Source of the DNA: a virus
DNA: 16,542 nucleotides
UHGV virus genome: UHGV-1597668
Strand: one strand, 5' to 3'
A model generated the notes under the pieces. That model saw only the letters and a list, made by a program, of their open reading frames with translations, did not search any database and was not told the DNA's origin. Below, in pieces: positions 7,711 to 16,493 of this stretch; the first letter of the stretch is position 1, and each line of letters opens with the position of its first letter. A program made the position numbers and the translations under genes.

Positions 7711-8520
7711 ATGCAAGAAGAGAAACAACACTACCTCTACGTTCTGGTGCCAGAGAACGGAGATACTTTTAAAATCGGCATTTCATGTGGTCCATTGGCA
7801 CGGTTTAAAGGGCTACAAGTGAGTCCCGATTTTGCGCTTTCACGGGTCTATCGTGGTACGCGTTTGGCAATGGTTAATCTTGAGCGGGCTTTACACGCAA
7901 CCTTTTTCCCCTGGAATGCGCCGTGGGAGAAAAGCGCCGGTGGCGGGCATACTGAATGGTTTACACGAGAGTGTCTTGATAAGGTTTTGGCTTATATCGA
8001 ATATCTAAATGATATGTGGGGAGGGATTCTCGAGCGCATTAAGTCGAATGATTTACTTCAGCGTCCAGTAGATGCTGCTTGCTCTTTCGAAAAAGAGCTG
8101 GATGTTACTTCTATCGTGACTTTCAAAGATGACGCAGGAATGAGGGACGTGGCTTATGTCTCCATATCTGGCTATGAACCGGACGCGATCCGCGCTCAAT
8201 GTGAATTGCTGAAAGCAATGTTTATGCTTCGGACTAAATATCCCTGGGATACAGGGCGGGTGTGCTTCCCTATGGAAGAGTTAACCGCCACCATTGATTC
8301 CCAGCTTTACCACGATAATCCAGAGAAGTTTTTTAGCCTTTTAGCCGATAATGGGCTTAACTGTGTGTCCGGGCTGGGGCGAAGTAGAATCCAACATGCC
8401 TCGCTCTTCGGTCCCTTCTTTTACGATCGACACGGGTACTTTGAGGCTGAACTTCCGGCGCTTACGCGTGCTATAGATACTATCGATTTCGAACGATTAT
8501 TCGCTGCTCTTAGCAAATAA
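7711..8520 (+). CDS. T5orf172 / GIY-YIG-superfamily-like domain protein with unknown C-terminal domain, 269 aa
   Basis: N-terminal ~95 aa match the T5orf172-type pattern: YLYVL....G..FKIGIS, conserved Arg (ARFKGLQ), LERALHATF, GHTEWF. C-terminal ~170 aa has no recognisable motif. Own Rho-independent terminator downstream. Confidence 0.65.
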   Translation: MQEEKQHYLYVLVPENGDTFKIGISCGPLARFKGLQVSPDFALSRVYRGTRLAMVNLERALHATFFPWNAPWEKSAGGGHTEWFTRECLDKVLAYIEYLNDMWGGILERIKSNDLLQRPVDAACSFEKELDVTSIVTFKDDAGMRDVAYVSISGYEPDAIRAQCELLKAMFMLRTKYPWDTGRVCFPMEELTATIDSQLYHDNPEKFFSLLADNGLNCVSGLGRSRIQHASLFGPFFYDRHGYFEAELPALTRAIDTIDFERLFAALSK

Positions 8521-8527
8521 CACTGAT

Positions 8528-8548
8528 GCCCCTGAACGGGGCTTTTTT
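8528..8548 (+). terminator. Rho-independent terminator
   Basis: GCCCC-TGAAC-GGGGC stem-loop followed by TTTTTT, directly after the 7711-8520 stop. Confidence 0.75.
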
Positions 8549-8688
8549 GTGCCCTCCTTGTAACTCTCAATCGTGCAAAATGAACCAAACATGCAGAGAA
8601 TGCTATGTACAAGCATCTACGCATACATTATTATTTTATGCAGCATTTTTAATTAAATTCAAAAATACAGCATAAAGGATGACTTTCG

Positions 8689-9885
8689 ATGAGTGATTCC
8701 AGCCAGCTTCACAAGGTTGCTCAAAGAGCAAACAGAATGCTCAATGTTCTGACTGAACAAGTACAGTTGCAAAAGGATGAGCTACACGCGAACGAGTTTT
8801 ACCAGGTCTATGCGAAAGCGGCACTGGCAAAATTGCCTCTACTGACTCGAGCGAACGTTGACTATGCCGTGAGTGAAATGGAAGAAAAGGGTTATGTTTT
8901 CGATAAACGCCCTGCTGGCTCTTCAATGAAATATGCGATGTCAATTCAGAACATCATTGACATATATGAACATCGCGGAGTGCCAAAATACCGGGATCGC
9001 TACAGCGAAGCGTATGTGATTTTCATCTCCAATCTTAAAGGCGGTGTGTCAAAAACTGTATCGACGGTTTCTCTGGCGCATGCAATGCGTGCTCACCCTC
9101 ATCTTCTGATGGAAGATTTAAGGATTCTGGTTATTGACCTTGATCCGCAATCTTCAGCAACGATGTTTTTAAGCCATAAACACTCTATTGGTATCGTAAA
9201 CGCAACATCTGCACAGGCTATGTTGCAGAATGTAAGCCGTGAAGAGCTGTTAGAGGAGTTTATTGTTCCTTCTGTTGTACCTGGGGTTGACGTTATGCCT
9301 GCGTCGATTGACGATGCCTTTATTGCATCCGATTGGAGAGAGCTGTGCAATGAGCATCTACCGGGTCAGAACATCCATGCAGTCCTGAAAGAAAATGTGA
9401 TTGATAAGCTGAAGAGCGATTATGACTTTATCCTCGTTGATAGTGGTCCTCACCTTGACGCCTTCCTGAAAAATGCTTTGGCCTCGGCCAATATACTGTT
9501 TACACCTCTGCCGCCTGCAACGGTTGATTTCCACTCATCGCTTAAATACGTTGCCCGCCTTCCTGAGTTGGTGAAACTCATTTCGGATGAAGGCTGCGAG
9601 TGCCAGCTTGCGACTAACATTGGTTTTATGTCCAAGTTGAGTAACAAGGCAGACCATAAGTATTGCCATAGCCTGGCTAAAGAAGTGTTCGGTGGGGATA
9701 TGCTTGATGTCGTCCTCCCTCGCCTTGACGGTTTTGAACGCTGCGGCGAGTCTTTTGACACTGTTATTTCAGCTAACCCGGCAACGTATGTTGGTAGTGC
9801 TGATGCATTGAAGAACGCGCGAATTGCTGCGGAAGATTTTGCTAAAGCAGTTTTTGACCGTATTGAATTTATCAGATCTAACTGA
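8689..9885 (+). CDS. parA: Partition ATPase ParA (P1 type Ia, 398 aa)
   Basis: Deviant Walker A KGGVSKT, N-terminal helix-turn-helix extension typical of type Ia ParA. Length and sequence match my recollection of P1 ParA. AAGGATGA Shine-Dalgarno. Confidence 0.95.
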   Translation: MSDSSQLHKVAQRANRMLNVLTEQVQLQKDELHANEFYQVYAKAALAKLPLLTRANVDYAVSEMEEKGYVFDKRPAGSSMKYAMSIQNIIDIYEHRGVPKYRDRYSEAYVIFISNLKGGVSKTVSTVSLAHAMRAHPHLLMEDLRILVIDLDPQSSATMFLSHKHSIGIVNATSAQAMLQNVSREELLEEFIVPSVVPGVDVMPASIDDAFIASDWRELCNEHLPGQNIHAVLKENVIDKLKSDYDFILVDSGPHLDAFLKNALASANILFTPLPPATVDFHSSLKYVARLPELVKLISDEGCECQLATNIGFMSKLSNKADHKYCHSLAKEVFGGDMLDVVLPRLDGFERCGESFDTVISANPATYVGSADALKNARIAAEDFAKAVFDRIEFIRSN

Positions 9886-9901
9886 GGAGTAAGAAACCCC
9901 C

Positions 9902-10903
9902 ATGTCAAAGAAAAACAGACCAACAATTGGGCGAACCCTTAATCCTTCAATATTAAGCGGATTTGATAGTTCTTCAGCCTCTGGCGATCGAGTCGAGCAG
10001 GTATTCAAGTTATCAACTGGTCGCCAGGCCACATTTATTGAAGAGGTAATACCTCCGAACCAGGTAGAAAGCGATACCTTTGTTGATCAGCATAACAACG
10101 GGCGTGACCAGGCATCTCTTACGCCAAAATCATTAAAAAGTATCCGAAGCACTATTAAGCATCAGCAATTTTACCCTGCAATAGGTGTTAGACGGGCTAC
10201 AGGGAAAATTGAAATTTTGGATGGTTCCCGGCGTCGAGCTTCTGCCATCTTAGAGAACGTAGGGTTGCGGGTTTTAGTCACGGACCAGGAGATCAGCGTT
10301 CAGGAAGCGCAAAATTTAGCGAAAGACGTTCAGACAGCATTGCAGCACAGCATTCGAGAAATAGGTCTGCGTTTGATGCGAATGAAAAATGATGGGATGA
10401 GTCAGAAGGATATTGCAGCCAAAGAAGGGCTGTCTCAGGCGAAGGTCACGCGTGCTCTCCAGGCAGCGAGTGCTCCGGAAGAATTAGTCGCCCTTTTCCC
10501 TGTGCAGTCGGAATTAACCTTTTCGGACTACAAAACGCTTTGTGCTGTTGGCGACGAAATGGGGAACAAGAATTTAGAGTTTGATCAGCTTATTCAAAAC
10601 ATATCCCCGGAAATAAACGACATCTTATCCATTGAAGAAATGGCCGAAGATGAAGTTAAAAATAAAATCCTGCGCTTGATAACAAAGGAAGCCTCACTAC
10701 TCACGGATAAAGGTTCTAAAGATAAGTCCGTAGTTACTGAATTATGGAAATTTGAGGACAAGGATCGCTTTGCAAGGAAGCGCGTGAAAGGCCGTGCATT
10801 TTCTTATGAGTTTAATCGACTTTCAAAAGAGCTACAGGAAGAACTCGACAGGATGATTGGGCATATCCTTAGAAAGAGCCTCGATAAAAAGCCGAAGCCT
10901 TAA
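9902..10903 (+). CDS. parB: Centromere-binding protein ParB (P1 type, 333 aa)
   Basis: Length and sequence match my recollection of P1 ParB, including the C-terminal region ...FSYEFNRLSKELQEELDRMIGHILRKSLDKKPKP. GAGGAG Shine-Dalgarno. Immediately upstream of parS. Confidence 0.95.
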   Translation: MSKKNRPTIGRTLNPSILSGFDSSSASGDRVEQVFKLSTGRQATFIEEVIPPNQVESDTFVDQHNNGRDQASLTPKSLKSIRSTIKHQQFYPAIGVRRATGKIEILDGSRRRASAILENVGLRVLVTDQEISVQEAQNLAKDVQTALQHSIREIGLRLMRMKNDGMSQKDIAAKEGLSQAKVTRALQAASAPEELVALFPVQSELTFSDYKTLCAVGDEMGNKNLEFDQLIQNISPEINDILSIEEMAEDEVKNKILRLITKEASLLTDKGSKDKSVVTELWKFEDKDRFARKRVKGRAFSYEFNRLSKELQEELDRMIGHILRKSLDKKPKP

Positions 10904-10917
10904 ACTTTCGCCATTCA

Positions 10918-10990
10918 AATTTCACCATTAACCGACTGTTTTTAAAGTAAATTACTCTAAAATTTCAAGGTGAAATCGCCACGATTTCAC
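10918..10990. other. parS: parS partition site (P1-type centromere)
   Basis: Box A heptamers ATTTCAC (10918, 10984), ATTTCAA (10962), inverted GTGAAAT (10970); box B TCGCCA (10976); central A/T-rich IHF-like region. The run ATTTCAAGGTGAAATCGCCACGATTTCAC matches the P1 parS right arm as recalled. Confidence 0.85.
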
Positions 10991-11048
10991 CTTGGATTTT
11001 ACCTTCCTCCCCTCCTCCCGAAAAAAATAAAAAAATTGCTTGTCACGA

Positions 11049-11077
11049 GAAAGTCAACAAGTGACTTTCAATAAAAT
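11049..11077 (+). promoter_or_regulatory. Candidate late-type promoter with inverted repeat (AAAGTCA-ACAAG-TGACTTT) and TAAAAT -10
   Basis: Inverted repeat with 7-bp arms at 11049-11067; ACAAGTGAC-N6-TAAAAT at 11057-11077. About 50 nt upstream of the gp23-like start. Confidence 0.35.
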
Positions 11078-11128
11078 CTCTTCCGAAAAGGGATTCACAC
11101 AAGTGCCTTGTGTTTAAGGAAGAGTAAA

Positions 11129-12835
11129 TTGAGTAACTTACGCGAATACCAGAATCGTATTGCAGATATCGCAAAACGCTCTAAAGCAGTGCTTGGCTGG
11201 GCAAGCACTGCGCAGTTCGGTACTGATAACCAATTCATTAAAGGTGATGCCGCGCGTGCCGCATCTATCCTTGAAGCTGCACGTAAAGACCCAATTTTTG
11301 CGGGTATCTCTGATAATGCCACCGCTCAAATCGCCACAGCGTGGGCAAGTGCACTGGCTGACTACGCCGCAGCACATAAATCTATGCCGCGTCCGGAAAT
11401 TCTGGCCTCCTGCCACCAGACGCTGGAAAACTGCCTGATTGAGTCCACCCGCAATAGCATGGATGCCACTAATAAAGCGATGCTGGAATCCGTCGCAGCA
11501 GAGATGATGAGCGTTTCTGACGGTGTTATGCGTCTGCCTTTATTCCTCGCGATGATCCTGCCTGTTCAGTTGGGGGCAGCTACCGCTGATGCGTGCACCT
11601 TCATTCCGGTTACGCGTGACCAGTCCGACATCTATGAAGTCTTTAACGTGGCAGGTTCCTCTTTTGGTTCTTATGCTGCTGGTGATGTTCTGGACATGCA
11701 ATCCGTCGGTGTGTACAGCCAGTTACGCCGCCGCTATGTGCTGGTGGCAAGCTCCGATGGCACCAGCAAAACCGCAACCTTCAAGATGGAAGACTTCGAA
11801 GGCCAGAATGTACCAATCCGAAAAGGTCGCACTAACATCTACGTTAACCGTATTAAGTCTGTTGTTGATAACGGTTCCGGCAGCCTACTTCACTCGTTTA
11901 CTAATGCTGCTGGTGAGCAAATCACTGTTACCTGCTCTCTGAACTACAACATTGGTCAGATTGCCCTGTCGTTCTCCAAAGCGCCGGATAAAGGCACTGA
12001 GATCGCAATTGAGACGGAAATCAATATTGAAGCCGCTCCTGAGCTGATCCCGCTGATCAACCACGAAATGAAGAAATACACCCTGTTCCCAAGCCAGTTC
12101 GTTATCGCGGCTGAGCACACGGTACAGGCGGCGTATGAAGCACAGCGTGAATTTGGTCTGGACCTGGGTTCCCTACAGTTCCGCACCCTGAAGGAATACC
12201 TGTCTCATGAACAGGATATGCTGCGTCTTCGCATCATGATCTGGCGTACTCTTGCGACCGACACCTTTGACATCGCTCTGCCGGTTAACCAGTCCTTTGA
12301 TGTATGGGCAACCATCATTCGTGGCAAATTCCAGACTGTATATCGCGACATTATTGAGCGCGTTAAATCTTCTGGTGCGATGGGGATGTTTGCTGGTGCT
12401 GATGCAGCATCTTTCTTCAAACAGTTGCCGAAGGATTTCTTCCTGCCAGCCGAAGACTATATCCAGACTCCGTATGTTCACTACATCGGTACCCTGTTCG
12501 GTAACGTGAAAGTGTACGAAGTACCTGCTGGTATTTGTAAGAACTTAACGACAGAGAACATTCAGTTCAGTTCGATGGATGTGCTGTGCTACGTTCGTGA
12601 TGAAAATCCGGGTAAAGCAGGCTTCGTGACTGGTGATGCTGTCCCGGCCATCCCGTTCCAGCATCCGACCACTCCGGCGCTGGTCAACCGTACCACGCTG
12701 TGGGGTTCGGCTATCAACGATATGCACCCACGCAACGGCGCTGATTACTTCACTCGTGTAACGCTGACAATGGCCAAAAAAGGCGGGCTTAACTTCATAA
12801 GCGGCGACACGATTGATGCCGGTGACTCTGAGTAA
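11129..12835 (+). CDS. Late structural protein, likely major head protein precursor (P1 gp23-like), 569 aa
   Basis: TTG start at 11129 with AAGGAAG Shine-Dalgarno (the track's 11108 TTG has no RBS). First gene after parS, which is where I recall P1 gene 23. Product call rests on position and size (~62 kDa), not on motifs. Confidence 0.55.
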   Translation: MSNLREYQNRIADIAKRSKAVLGWASTAQFGTDNQFIKGDAARAASILEAARKDPIFAGISDNATAQIATAWASALADYAAAHKSMPRPEILASCHQTLENCLIESTRNSMDATNKAMLESVAAEMMSVSDGVMRLPLFLAMILPVQLGAATADACTFIPVTRDQSDIYEVFNVAGSSFGSYAAGDVLDMQSVGVYSQLRRRYVLVASSDGTSKTATFKMEDFEGQNVPIRKGRTNIYVNRIKSVVDNGSGSLLHSFTNAAGEQITVTCSLNYNIGQIALSFSKAPDKGTEIAIETEINIEAAPELIPLINHEMKKYTLFPSQFVIAAEHTVQAAYEAQREFGLDLGSLQFRTLKEYLSHEQDMLRLRIMIWRTLATDTFDIALPVNQSFDVWATIIRGKFQTVYRDIIERVKSSGAMGMFAGADAASFFKQLPKDFFLPAEDYIQTPYVHYIGTLFGNVKVYEVPAGICKNLTTENIQFSSMDVLCYVRDENPGKAGFVTGDAVPAIPFQHPTTPALVNRTTLWGSAINDMHPRNGADYFTRVTLTMAKKGGLNFISGDTIDAGDSE

Positions 12836-12895
12836 TCAGGGGAAGTTCTCCGTTTAACATAGCGCCCCCGTGCGGGGCGCATAACAGGGAAAGTT

Positions 12896-14485
12896 ATGTC
12901 TCAATATTCAATTCAACAGTCATTAGGTAATGCATCCGGCGTCGCGGTTAGCCCGATCAATGCCGATGCGACGTTATCTACCGGTGTTGCATTAAATAGC
13001 AGCTTGTGGGCTGGTATTGGCGTATTTGCGCGTGGCAAGCCGTTTACTGTTCTTGCGGTTACTGAGTCCAATTACAAAGATGTTCTCGGCGAACCGCTGA
13101 AGCCGTCTTCCGGCTCACAGTTCGAACCAATTCGTCATGTGTACGAAGCAATTCAGCAAACCGCTGGTTATGTTGTTCGTGCTGTTCCGGATGATGCGAA
13201 GTTCCCGATTATTATGTTCGATGAATCAGGCGAACCGGCTTACAGTGCGTTGCCATACGGTTCTGAAATTGAACTTGATAGTGGCGAAGCCTTTGCTATC
13301 TACGTTGATGATGGTGATCCGTGTATTTCACCTACCCGTGAGTTAACCATCGAAACGGCAACAGCGGACAGCGCGGGTAATGAACGCTTCCTCTTAAAAC
13401 TGACCCAGACGACTTCGCTCGGTGTGGTAACGACCCTGGAGACACACACTGTGTCTTTGGCGGAAGAAGCGAAAGATGACATGGGCCGCTTGTGTTATCT
13501 GCCTACGGCTCTGGAAGCCCGTTCTAAATATCTGCGTGCGGTTGTTAATGAAGAGCTGATTTCGACAGCGAAAGTAACAAATAAAAAATCGGTGGCATTC
13601 ACTGGCGGTACCAATGGCGATCAGTCGAAAATCTCAACCGCTGCTTACCTGCGTGCGGTTAAAGTGCTGAATAATGCGCCGTACATGTACACCGCTGTTC
13701 TTGGCTTGGGCTGCTATGACAATGCGGCTATCACCGCATTAGGTAAAATCTGTGCAGATCGCCTGATTGATGGCTTCTTTGATGTCAAACCGACATTGAC
13801 GTACACGGAAGCGATCTCTGCTGTTGAAGATACCGGTTTACTTGGTACCGATTATGTAAGCTGTGCTGTCTATCACTACCCGTTCTCCTGCAAAGACAAA
13901 TGGACCCAATCCCGTGTGGTCTTTGGTCTGTCTGGCGTGGCGTATGCGGCGAAAGCTCGTGGCGTCAAGAAAAACTCTGATGTCGGCGGTTGGCATTACT
14001 CACCGGCTGGTGAAGAACGTGCCGTCATTGCTCGTGCGTCAATTCAACCGCTGTATCCGGAAGATACCCCGGACGAAGAAGCAATGGTCAAGGGCCGTCT
14101 CAATAAAGTATCTGTTGGCACCTCTGGCCAGATGATCATCGACGATGCTTTAACTTGCTGCACGCAGGATAACTATCTGCACTTCCAGCACGTCCCATCC
14201 CTGATGAATGCAATCAGCCGTTTCTTTGTCCAGTTAGCCCGACAGATGAAGCATAGCCCGGACGGTATTACTGCGGCTGGCCTGACTAAAGGGATGACCA
14301 AACTTTTAGATCGCTTTGTCGCCTCCGGCGCTCTGGTGGCTCCTCGTGATCCTGATGCTGACGGTACAGAACCGTATGTGCTGAAAGTTACGCAGGCGGA
14401 ATTCGATAAATGGGAAGTAGTCTGGGCCTGCTGCCCGACTGGCGTAGCCCGTCGTATCCAGGGCGTACTGCTGCTTATTAAGTAA
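12896..14485 (+). CDS. Probable contractile tail sheath protein (P1 gp22-like), 529 aa
   Basis: Sheath-like conserved patches: AGIGVFARGKPFTVLAVTES near the N-terminus, FTGGTNGDQ...AYLRAVKVLNNAPYMYTAVLGLG, GGWHYSPAGEER, and a C-terminal VARRIQG patch. Confidence 0.55.
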   Translation: MSQYSIQQSLGNASGVAVSPINADATLSTGVALNSSLWAGIGVFARGKPFTVLAVTESNYKDVLGEPLKPSSGSQFEPIRHVYEAIQQTAGYVVRAVPDDAKFPIIMFDESGEPAYSALPYGSEIELDSGEAFAIYVDDGDPCISPTRELTIETATADSAGNERFLLKLTQTTSLGVVTTLETHTVSLAEEAKDDMGRLCYLPTALEARSKYLRAVVNEELISTAKVTNKKSVAFTGGTNGDQSKISTAAYLRAVKVLNNAPYMYTAVLGLGCYDNAAITALGKICADRLIDGFFDVKPTLTYTEAISAVEDTGLLGTDYVSCAVYHYPFSCKDKWTQSRVVFGLSGVAYAAKARGVKKNSDVGGWHYSPAGEERAVIARASIQPLYPEDTPDEEAMVKGRLNKVSVGTSGQMIIDDALTCCTQDNYLHFQHVPSLMNAISRFFVQLARQMKHSPDGITAAGLTKGMTKLLDRFVASGALVAPRDPDADGTEPYVLKVTQAEFDKWEVVWACCPTGVARRIQGVLLLIK

Positions 14486-14494
14486 GGGAATACA

Positions 14495-15310
14495 ATGAGC
14501 AAAAACTTTTTTCAATCCGGGGCATTTTTGGGGAATGGACTGTCCCGTTTCGCTTTGAACTCTGATCCTGTGCAGCTGATGGAGTCTGCCCGAGCAAGCG
14601 CCGAACCGCCAACAGATCCGGTTATTAATAATAATCCGGAACCGGCGGCACAGACTAACGATAACGTTCCATCTGATCCGGCTCCTGAGCAAATCCTGGA
14701 AGAGAAAGACGGTAAAGAATGGACCGTTGAACAGGCGCACCAGATGATTCTGGAAGCTGCAAATCGAAGTGCTATGCAGAATGCGTTGAGTGATGCGGCC
14801 GACGCCGTTTTCGCCTGGGCTGATAGCGGTGATCTGACTTTCGACTCCCTTGATGGTTTCGTTCAGGCTATCGCTGGTATCTCTGATGACGACGACTCCG
14901 AAGTTACAGAAGAACAGGACGATGCCTATAACGAAGCATGGGCAAATGTTGCTGACTTCCTCGCAGCATGCGGTGTAGATGATGACATGATCGAAGCACT
15001 GGCTGACGATGAAGACGACGACGCAGCTGCTGATGTTGGTGCCTCTATCGCTGGTTTAGATAGCGACGACCGCGACGAACTGGAAGCGGCGTTTGTTGTT
15101 GCTGGCACTTCTGATGAAATGCTGACTGAAGCATTTAAGAAGGTTGTTCGTAATGGTGAGATCAAACTCATCCGTAAACGCCTGCGTAAAAAACGTCTGA
15201 CTGCAGCTCAAAAATCGGCGCTGAAAAAAGCACGCCGTAAAGCCCAGACCGGCGCGGCAAAACTGGCCCGCAAAAAGTCAATGAAACTGCGCCGTAAGCG
15301 CCTCGGCTAA
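14495..15310 (+). CDS. Highly acidic protein with Lys/Arg-rich C-terminal tail, 271 aa
   Basis: AAGGGAA Shine-Dalgarno. Asp/Glu-rich central region (DDDDSEVTEEQDD, ADDEDDDAAAD, DSDDRDELE) and a basic tail (KLIRKRLRKKRL...KLARKKSMKLRRKRLG). Confidence 0.7.
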   Translation: MSKNFFQSGAFLGNGLSRFALNSDPVQLMESARASAEPPTDPVINNNPEPAAQTNDNVPSDPAPEQILEEKDGKEWTVEQAHQMILEAANRSAMQNALSDAADAVFAWADSGDLTFDSLDGFVQAIAGISDDDDSEVTEEQDDAYNEAWANVADFLAACGVDDDMIEALADDEDDDAAADVGASIAGLDSDDRDELEAAFVVAGTSDEMLTEAFKKVVRNGEIKLIRKRLRKKRLTAAQKSALKKARRKAQTGAAKLARKKSMKLRRKRLG

Positions 15311-15345
15311 AGGAGGAGGCCGGAGAACTCCGGCCTTTAACTTGA

Positions 15346-15927
15346 ATGGCACCTATACCTTATGGGGTTTACAGCCAGGCTGACGGTGTATCACTATTTC
15401 TGAAAGTTACTTTAACGAACTCTCAGTACCAGGTTACCGGATATATCAGCCAGGGGGCGGCAATGAACATGGCCCAGAATTGGGAAGCGCCGTTTACCGG
15501 TATGTCCATGGGGTCTGTTGCTGGTGCTTTCAGTGGTTTTGCGCAGGTTGGTACTGAAACAACGTCGGTGGCCCGTTGGAACAGCTTAATGGTTTGGGAG
15601 GGGGGAACACCGCCGACTTTCACGCTGCCAGTAACTTTCATCGCTTTGTTTGACCCATTCACGGAGGTTTCAGGAGCTATCGCCGCATTGTCAGCGATGA
15701 TTAGCCCGGAACTTAAAGATGCCAGTATTGGTGGTCGAATCCCGGAGCGTGTGACGCTAAACATTGGTCGCCGGATCAACATCATTGATGTCGCTATCCA
15801 GGACATAAGTTTCGATCTCGATGCACCCAGGGACAGCAATGGGCATTTCCTGAAAAACACCGTCAACCTCCAGTTGACCGGTTCTTCGATATATAACAGC
15901 TCCGATATTGTTCGGGCGTTCCAGTAA
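15346..15927 (+). CDS. Hypothetical structural-module protein, 193 aa
   Basis: ORF in the late-gene block. Weak Shine-Dalgarno at the annotated ATG; an AGGAGG lies just upstream of the preceding hairpin. Confidence 0.5.
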   Translation: MAPIPYGVYSQADGVSLFLKVTLTNSQYQVTGYISQGAAMNMAQNWEAPFTGMSMGSVAGAFSGFAQVGTETTSVARWNSLMVWEGGTPPTFTLPVTFIALFDPFTEVSGAIAALSAMISPELKDASIGGRIPERVTLNIGRRINIIDVAIQDISFDLDAPRDSNGHFLKNTVNLQLTGSSIYNSSDIVRAFQ

Positions 15928-15938
15928 AAGGATTTTAT

Positions 15939-16448
15939 ATGGGGCACAATAACACTAAGGGAAACCGTAAATTTATTAAGGGCCGCTATACTGCCAACGC
16001 GGCCAAAGGCGAACGACTGGTATCTTCTGAATTCCAGCTCACTTTTGCAGGCCATGAAGATATCAGCGTACTGGTTCGCACGTCGCAAATTCCTGAAATG
16101 ACCCGCGAGGATGTGGAGGACTATGGTCCGAATGGTGTGAAGTTCAACCAGCACGGTCCAATTCGAAACTCTGGGGAAATCCAGGTCCAGTGCGTGGAGA
16201 CTATCGAAGGCGATATTCTTCAGTTCATTAAAGATCGCATTGCGGCGAAGGACTATGTTGATATCACGATGGCTGCTACCCCTGAATCCAAATCTTCCGG
16301 GGTTAACGCTGTGACAAAAGCTGCTACAACAATTGAAATGTTGGACTGCAAAATCTACAGTGATGCAATCGACTTTAGTACCGAAGATGTGACTGCCGCT
16401 GTGCGCCCGTCACTTCGTATCGTCTACAACTGGATTGATTGGGATTAA
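15939..16448 (+). CDS. Tail-tube-sized protein, 169 aa (possible tail tube)
   Basis: AAAGGA Shine-Dalgarno. Size and position downstream of the sheath-like gene fit a myovirus tube protein; no diagnostic motif. Followed by a strong terminator. Confidence 0.5.
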   Translation: MGHNNTKGNRKFIKGRYTANAAKGERLVSSEFQLTFAGHEDISVLVRTSQIPEMTREDVEDYGPNGVKFNQHGPIRNSGEIQVQCVETIEGDILQFIKDRIAAKDYVDITMAATPESKSSGVNAVTKAATTIEMLDCKIYSDAIDFSTEDVTAAVRPSLRIVYNWIDWD

Positions 16449-16467
16449 GAGTCATCCCTTGTATTTT

Positions 16468-16493
16468 AAAGCTCCTTCGGGAGCTTTTTTATT
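16468..16493 (+). terminator. Rho-independent terminator (UUCG tetraloop)
   Basis: AAAGCUCC-UUCG-GGAGCUUU followed by UUUUUUAUUU, right after the 15939-16448 stop. Confidence 0.8.

Noticed and set aside
7142-7822. ORFs 7142-7504 (-), 7354-7566 (-) and 7517-7822 (+) over the repA 3' end and incA iterons
   Set aside because: They overlap the iteron array or repA, have no Shine-Dalgarno and show low-complexity composition. Likely artefacts of repeat sequence.
11138-12727. Small ORFs inside the gp23-like gene (11138-11416 -, 11160-11438 +, 11589-11942 +, 11885-12186 -, 12173-12509 both strands, 12545-12727 -)
   Set aside because: All are nested in a long ORF with a good RBS in the late block; no independent signals.
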